Of a stretch of 64,000 nucleotides of DNA, positions 59,930 through 64,000 are shown in pieces; position 1 is the stretch's first letter, and each line of letters starts with the position of its first letter. Source of the stretch: Octopus vulgaris (taxonomy: Eukaryota). The notes beneath the pieces were generated by a model, which saw only the letters and a program-made list of their open reading frames with translations, searched no databases and was not told the origin of the DNA. A program made the position numbers and the translations under genes. The stretch covers positions 6,820,001-6,884,000 of the forward strand of contig OX597839.1 of NCBI GenBank assembly GCA_951406725.2, written 5' to 3'.

Positions 59930-60725
59930 ATAAGGGTAAAAAATTGAATATTAATTTGATTAATATCAATTTAAAACCAGTGTCCTAGCATACTGAAAAA
60001 TCTGAAGATACGGAAAAAATTAAATTATATACATATAAGATGGATGACCACTAAGTGGACATCCATTATGCTAGAAGTAGACCCCATATGGTCTGACCAC
60101 TAAGAAAATATCGTTTTCAAGAAAATTCAGCAAACGCCAGAACGTAAGCGAGCAAGACAAATGAAAAGATACAAAATATAAAGATTAATCACAAACCCGA
60201 TTTCATTGTTACCATTTACATAATACTTACGTAAATGTCCGCAATTCATCAGTGTGACCGTCATAGCAAAATATAATTTGCAGAACTATACACGAGACGT
60301 CCGCATGAGATTGGACATGCATATAGTTCTACCAATTCCATTTGGGGTTATATTTCAAAAGTTTCGTTTTGGCGCGCCAAAATACCGGAAATAATTCTGC
60401 AGAAAATAATTCTCTACAATGAATTTTGCCTGTTAGAGAACATGGTTATTTAAATTTTAATAATAAGGGTGAAAAAATTGAATATTAATTTGATTAAAAT
60501 CGATTTAAAACCAGTGGCTTAGCATATTGAAAAATCTGAAGATTCAGAAAAAATTATATTACGTACATATAAGAGGGATGACCCCTAAGTAGACATCCAA
60601 TATGCTAGAGGTAGAGAAACATATGGTCTGACCACTAGCGTTTTGGTGTTTGCAGAATTTTCGTGAGAACAATCTTTTCTTAGTGGTCAGACCATATGGG
60701 GTCTAGCATAACGGATGTCCACTTA
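59930..60725. mobile_element. Penelope-like pLTR arrangement: ~533-bp period direct repeat plus inverted stub
   Basis: 59930-60102 repeated at 60463-60637; 60675-60725 is an inverted copy of about 60050-60107; hammerhead inside. Confidence 0.75.
60188..60258 (-). ncRNA. Type I hammerhead ribozyme motif, intact canonical core, long stem II
   Basis: Reverse complement gtcaca CTGATGA attg..catttacgtaa gta ttatgtaaatg..caat GAAA tc g gg TT tgtgat; 6-bp stem I, GUU triplet. Confidence 0.8.
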
Positions 60726-60726
60726 A

Positions 60727-60791
<65 letters not shown>

Positions 60792-61304
60792 CAGCAAAAG
60801 TTTTAACGAAAGCGTATATTGTTGTTAAATGCTCGAAATACGAGACTAGAAAAAAACACCCAACAACTAATGGAGGGTCGCTCCTTATTTTGTTTGCTTT
60901 TTTTCTTTTTGTGTATTTCATTGTTCCATGTATACGTACTTCGTACTTTGTTGTATACGTTTGATGACGTCCTATGCCAACATATGCATATATATACATA
61001 TACATATATACGTATAGATGTAAGTATGTATATATACGTATGTATATATGCATATATATATTATTTATATTATCATATGATTGAACACTACGCATCCTTT
61101 TCCGAGTAAGGTTTATATATATATATATATGTATATACATATGTGTGCGTGTATATATGTATGTATATATGTATGTATGTATGTAATTATATATATATAT
61201 ATATATAACGGGAAGCTTTATGAAAATGAACAAAAGACGAAGGCAGGTGGAATACAAACAAACAATTGTTTTAGTATGGCGCTCAGGAATATAAATAAAA
61301 CAAG

Positions 61305-61342
61305 TCTTTTACGTTTCGAGCCTACGCTCTTCAACAGAAAGA
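61305..61342 (-). ncRNA. Minimal type I hammerhead motif, CUGUUGA core (family Y)
   Basis: Reverse complement tcttt CTGTTGA a gagc gtag gctc GAAA cg TA aaaga; perfect stems I and II, acgt palindrome, GUA triplet. Confidence 0.75.
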
Positions 61343-62114
61343 TACATAGAAGAGAAACACGGAGAGAAACAAGGAGAGAAAAAAATGCGTGCAGAAGCTA
61401 GCGAATCAACATGATATATATATATATATATATATATATGTGTAATTATATATATATATATATATATAAATACATACATACACACATAAACACACGCATA
61501 CATACACACATATCCATACATATCCGTATCCATCCATCCATACATACATACAGACATTTACATTCACACACCTATATATTATTATACATTGTATCAAGCT
61601 GAAATTGTCATCGTCACTTTCATTTCACTTTCATTGCCGCCTCTGTTATTTCCTTTATTATCGTTTCCCTTTCGCCGCTATATCTCCCCACCCCCACCAC
61701 CACCACCTTATCTAACCATTCCTCCACCCCTACCCTCCCCCACTAACTATATTCTTCCCAATTTCCGAATTCTCTCCCCCACCCCCACCTCTCTGCGTGT
61801 CCCCGACCCCCCAAATTTCCGCTCCAAGAATTTTCAATTTTAACAGAATCAACTTTTATTATAAACATTACATTTTATAGTTGCTGTTTATTGTTTGCTT
61901 TGACGTTTATAGTATTGTGTTGTTTGTGCTGTAGTTTTTATGGTGGAGGTTGTTGATGTTATTGTTGTTGTGGTGGTGGCGATGGCGGCGTTGGTGGTGG
62001 TGGTGGTGATGGTGGTGGTGCTGATATCGATATAAGCATTTTCGGTTTTTGGTGTTTAGTACACTAATTTACCGCCTTCTGTGCTACTGCTGCTGCTGCC
62101 GTTGCTACTGCCCT

Positions 62115-62508
<394 letters not shown>

Positions 62509-62638
62509 AGTTGTTGTTGATGATGATGCTCCTGCTGCGGCTGCTACCGTTTGCTTTACGTTCGTATCATCATCGTTATGGCTTAACATCCCTTACCGTT
62601 TGCTTTCACTGTCCTGCGTTCGTTACCAACCTTGATCC

Positions 62639-62905
62639 TCCGCAAATCCCAAATTATATTTAATTTGCCTCGCGGGACCAACTGTTTACCAGAAGACGCA
62701 TCTTGTCCTAGTGCTCGGAAATCCGGAGTAGATAAAACAGTGGGCAACTGATGAAGGGAGTGTTCTTTTATGTTGCCTGCCTCGTTTTTCTATTTGGCTC
62801 TTTCGTTGATCTCAAAAAAGTTCGTTTTCCATGTCGTCGTAATTCATGTTCTCGCTTTTCATGTCGTTTTAGTTTAGTGATGTCCTGTACACATATCTAC
62901 ATGTG
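62639..62905 (+). mobile_element. Interspersed repeat family X
   Basis: Colinear with 7368-7635. Confidence 0.72.
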
Positions 62906-62956
62906 TATATTCATATATAAGTATGTACATGTATGTATGTATATATACATATATAA

Positions 62957-63980
62957 CTTAACTTAGATAACTTAGATATGTTTCGACCAAAGATTGGTCC
63001 AGGCCATGTCTAACTTAATAGCACCACCTGATAGGATTATTCGAATCCTGTTTAAGTCAAGTTTTGTTCAAGTAGTGAGTTCTTGTTGGGTGAGTTGTAT
63101 CAAGTTTTGTTCCAAGTAGTGAGTTCTTGTTGGGTGAGTTGTATCAAGTTTTGTTCAAGTAGTGAGTTCTTGTTGGGTGAGTTGTATCAAGTTTTGTTCA
63201 AGTAGTGAGTTCTTGTTGGGTGAGTTGTATCAAGTTTTGTTCCAAGTAGTGAGTTCTTGTTGGGTGAGTTGTATCAAGTTTTGTTCCAAGTAGTGAGTTC
63301 TTGTTGGGTGAGTTGTATCAAGTTTTGTTCAAGTAGTGAGTTCTTGTTGGGTGAGTTGTATTAAGTTTTGTTCAAGTAGTGAGTTCTTGTTGGGTGAGTT
63401 GTATCAAGTTTTGTTCAAGTAGTGAGTTCTTGTTGGGTGAGTTGTATCAAGTTTTGTTCCAAGTAGTGAGTTCTTGTTGGGTGAGTTGTATCAAGTTTTG
63501 TTCCAAGTAGTGAGTTCTTGTTGGGTGAATTGTATCAAGTTTTGTTCAAGTAGTGAGTTCTTGTTGGGTGAGTTGTATCAAGTTTTGTTCAAGTAGTGAG
63601 TTCTTGTTGGGTGAGTTGTATCAAATTTTGTTCCAAGTAGTGAGTTCTTGTTGGGTGAGTTGTATCAAGTTTTGTTCCAAGTAGTGAGTTCTTGTTGGGT
63701 GAGTTGTATCAAGTTTTGTTCCAAGTAGTGAGTTCTTGTTGGGTGAGTTGTATCAAGTTTTGTTCAAGTAGTGAGTTCTTGTTGGGTGAGTTGTATCCAA
63801 TTATGGGTGGCTTATCTGGTATTCTTTGAAGAAATCTATCCAGACTCCGTTTAAAGTTGATGGGATCCTTTTCCTCTTTGATCTCCCTCGGGACAATGTT
63901 AAATAGGGCAGGGCCTGTTGAGGAAAAGAAATTATGTAGCAGTGTACATGTATGTTGTGATCTTGAATTGGGCAGGGGAC
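62957..63980 (-). mobile_element. CR1-like LINE 3' fragment containing a minisatellite
   Basis: HNFFSSTGPALFNIVPREIKEEKDPINFKRSLDRFLQRIPDKPPIIGYNSPNKNSLLE; 3' UTR with gacca/tggtc stem-loop and a tatctaag repeat tail. Confidence 0.85.
63058..63797. repeat. Minisatellite, 17 copies of a 43/44-bp unit
   Basis: caagttttgtt(c)caagtagtgagttcttgttgggtgagttgtat; no spacers. Confidence 0.97.
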
Positions 63981-64000
63981 TATATATATATATATATATA

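Noticed and set aside
63058-63797. CRISPR-like regular array
   Set aside because: No variable spacers and no cas genes; a head-to-tail minisatellite in a eukaryotic LINE.

Overview
Eukaryotic, AT-rich, essentially non-genic DNA saturated with microsatellites and retroelement debris. The SINE sequences and microsatellite load suggest a coleoid cephalopod such as Octopus (inference from recall, no search run). I can support no intact host gene; nearly all ORF-track entries are microsatellite translations. Recognisable content: four tRNA-derived SINE families (several with TSDs), 3' fragments of CR1-like, Tx1/L1-like, Dong/R4-like and RTE-like LINEs, a Penelope-like GIY-YIG fragment, a deleted mariner, a Tigger-like MITE, a 43/44-bp minisatellite and a 733-bp tandem duplication. 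The main signal is about 11 minimal type I hammerhead ribozyme (HHR) motifs from several otherwise unrelated short elements. Most have a palindromic stem III with a 0-1 nt loop, and many sit in direct or inverted repeats next to (TA)n tracts. Two non-canonical cores recur: CCGANGA (U4C, 3 unrelated copies) and CUGYYGA (A6U/A6C, 3 copies of one family). All folds were done by eye and none is shown to be active. Coordinates of degenerate repeats are approximate.
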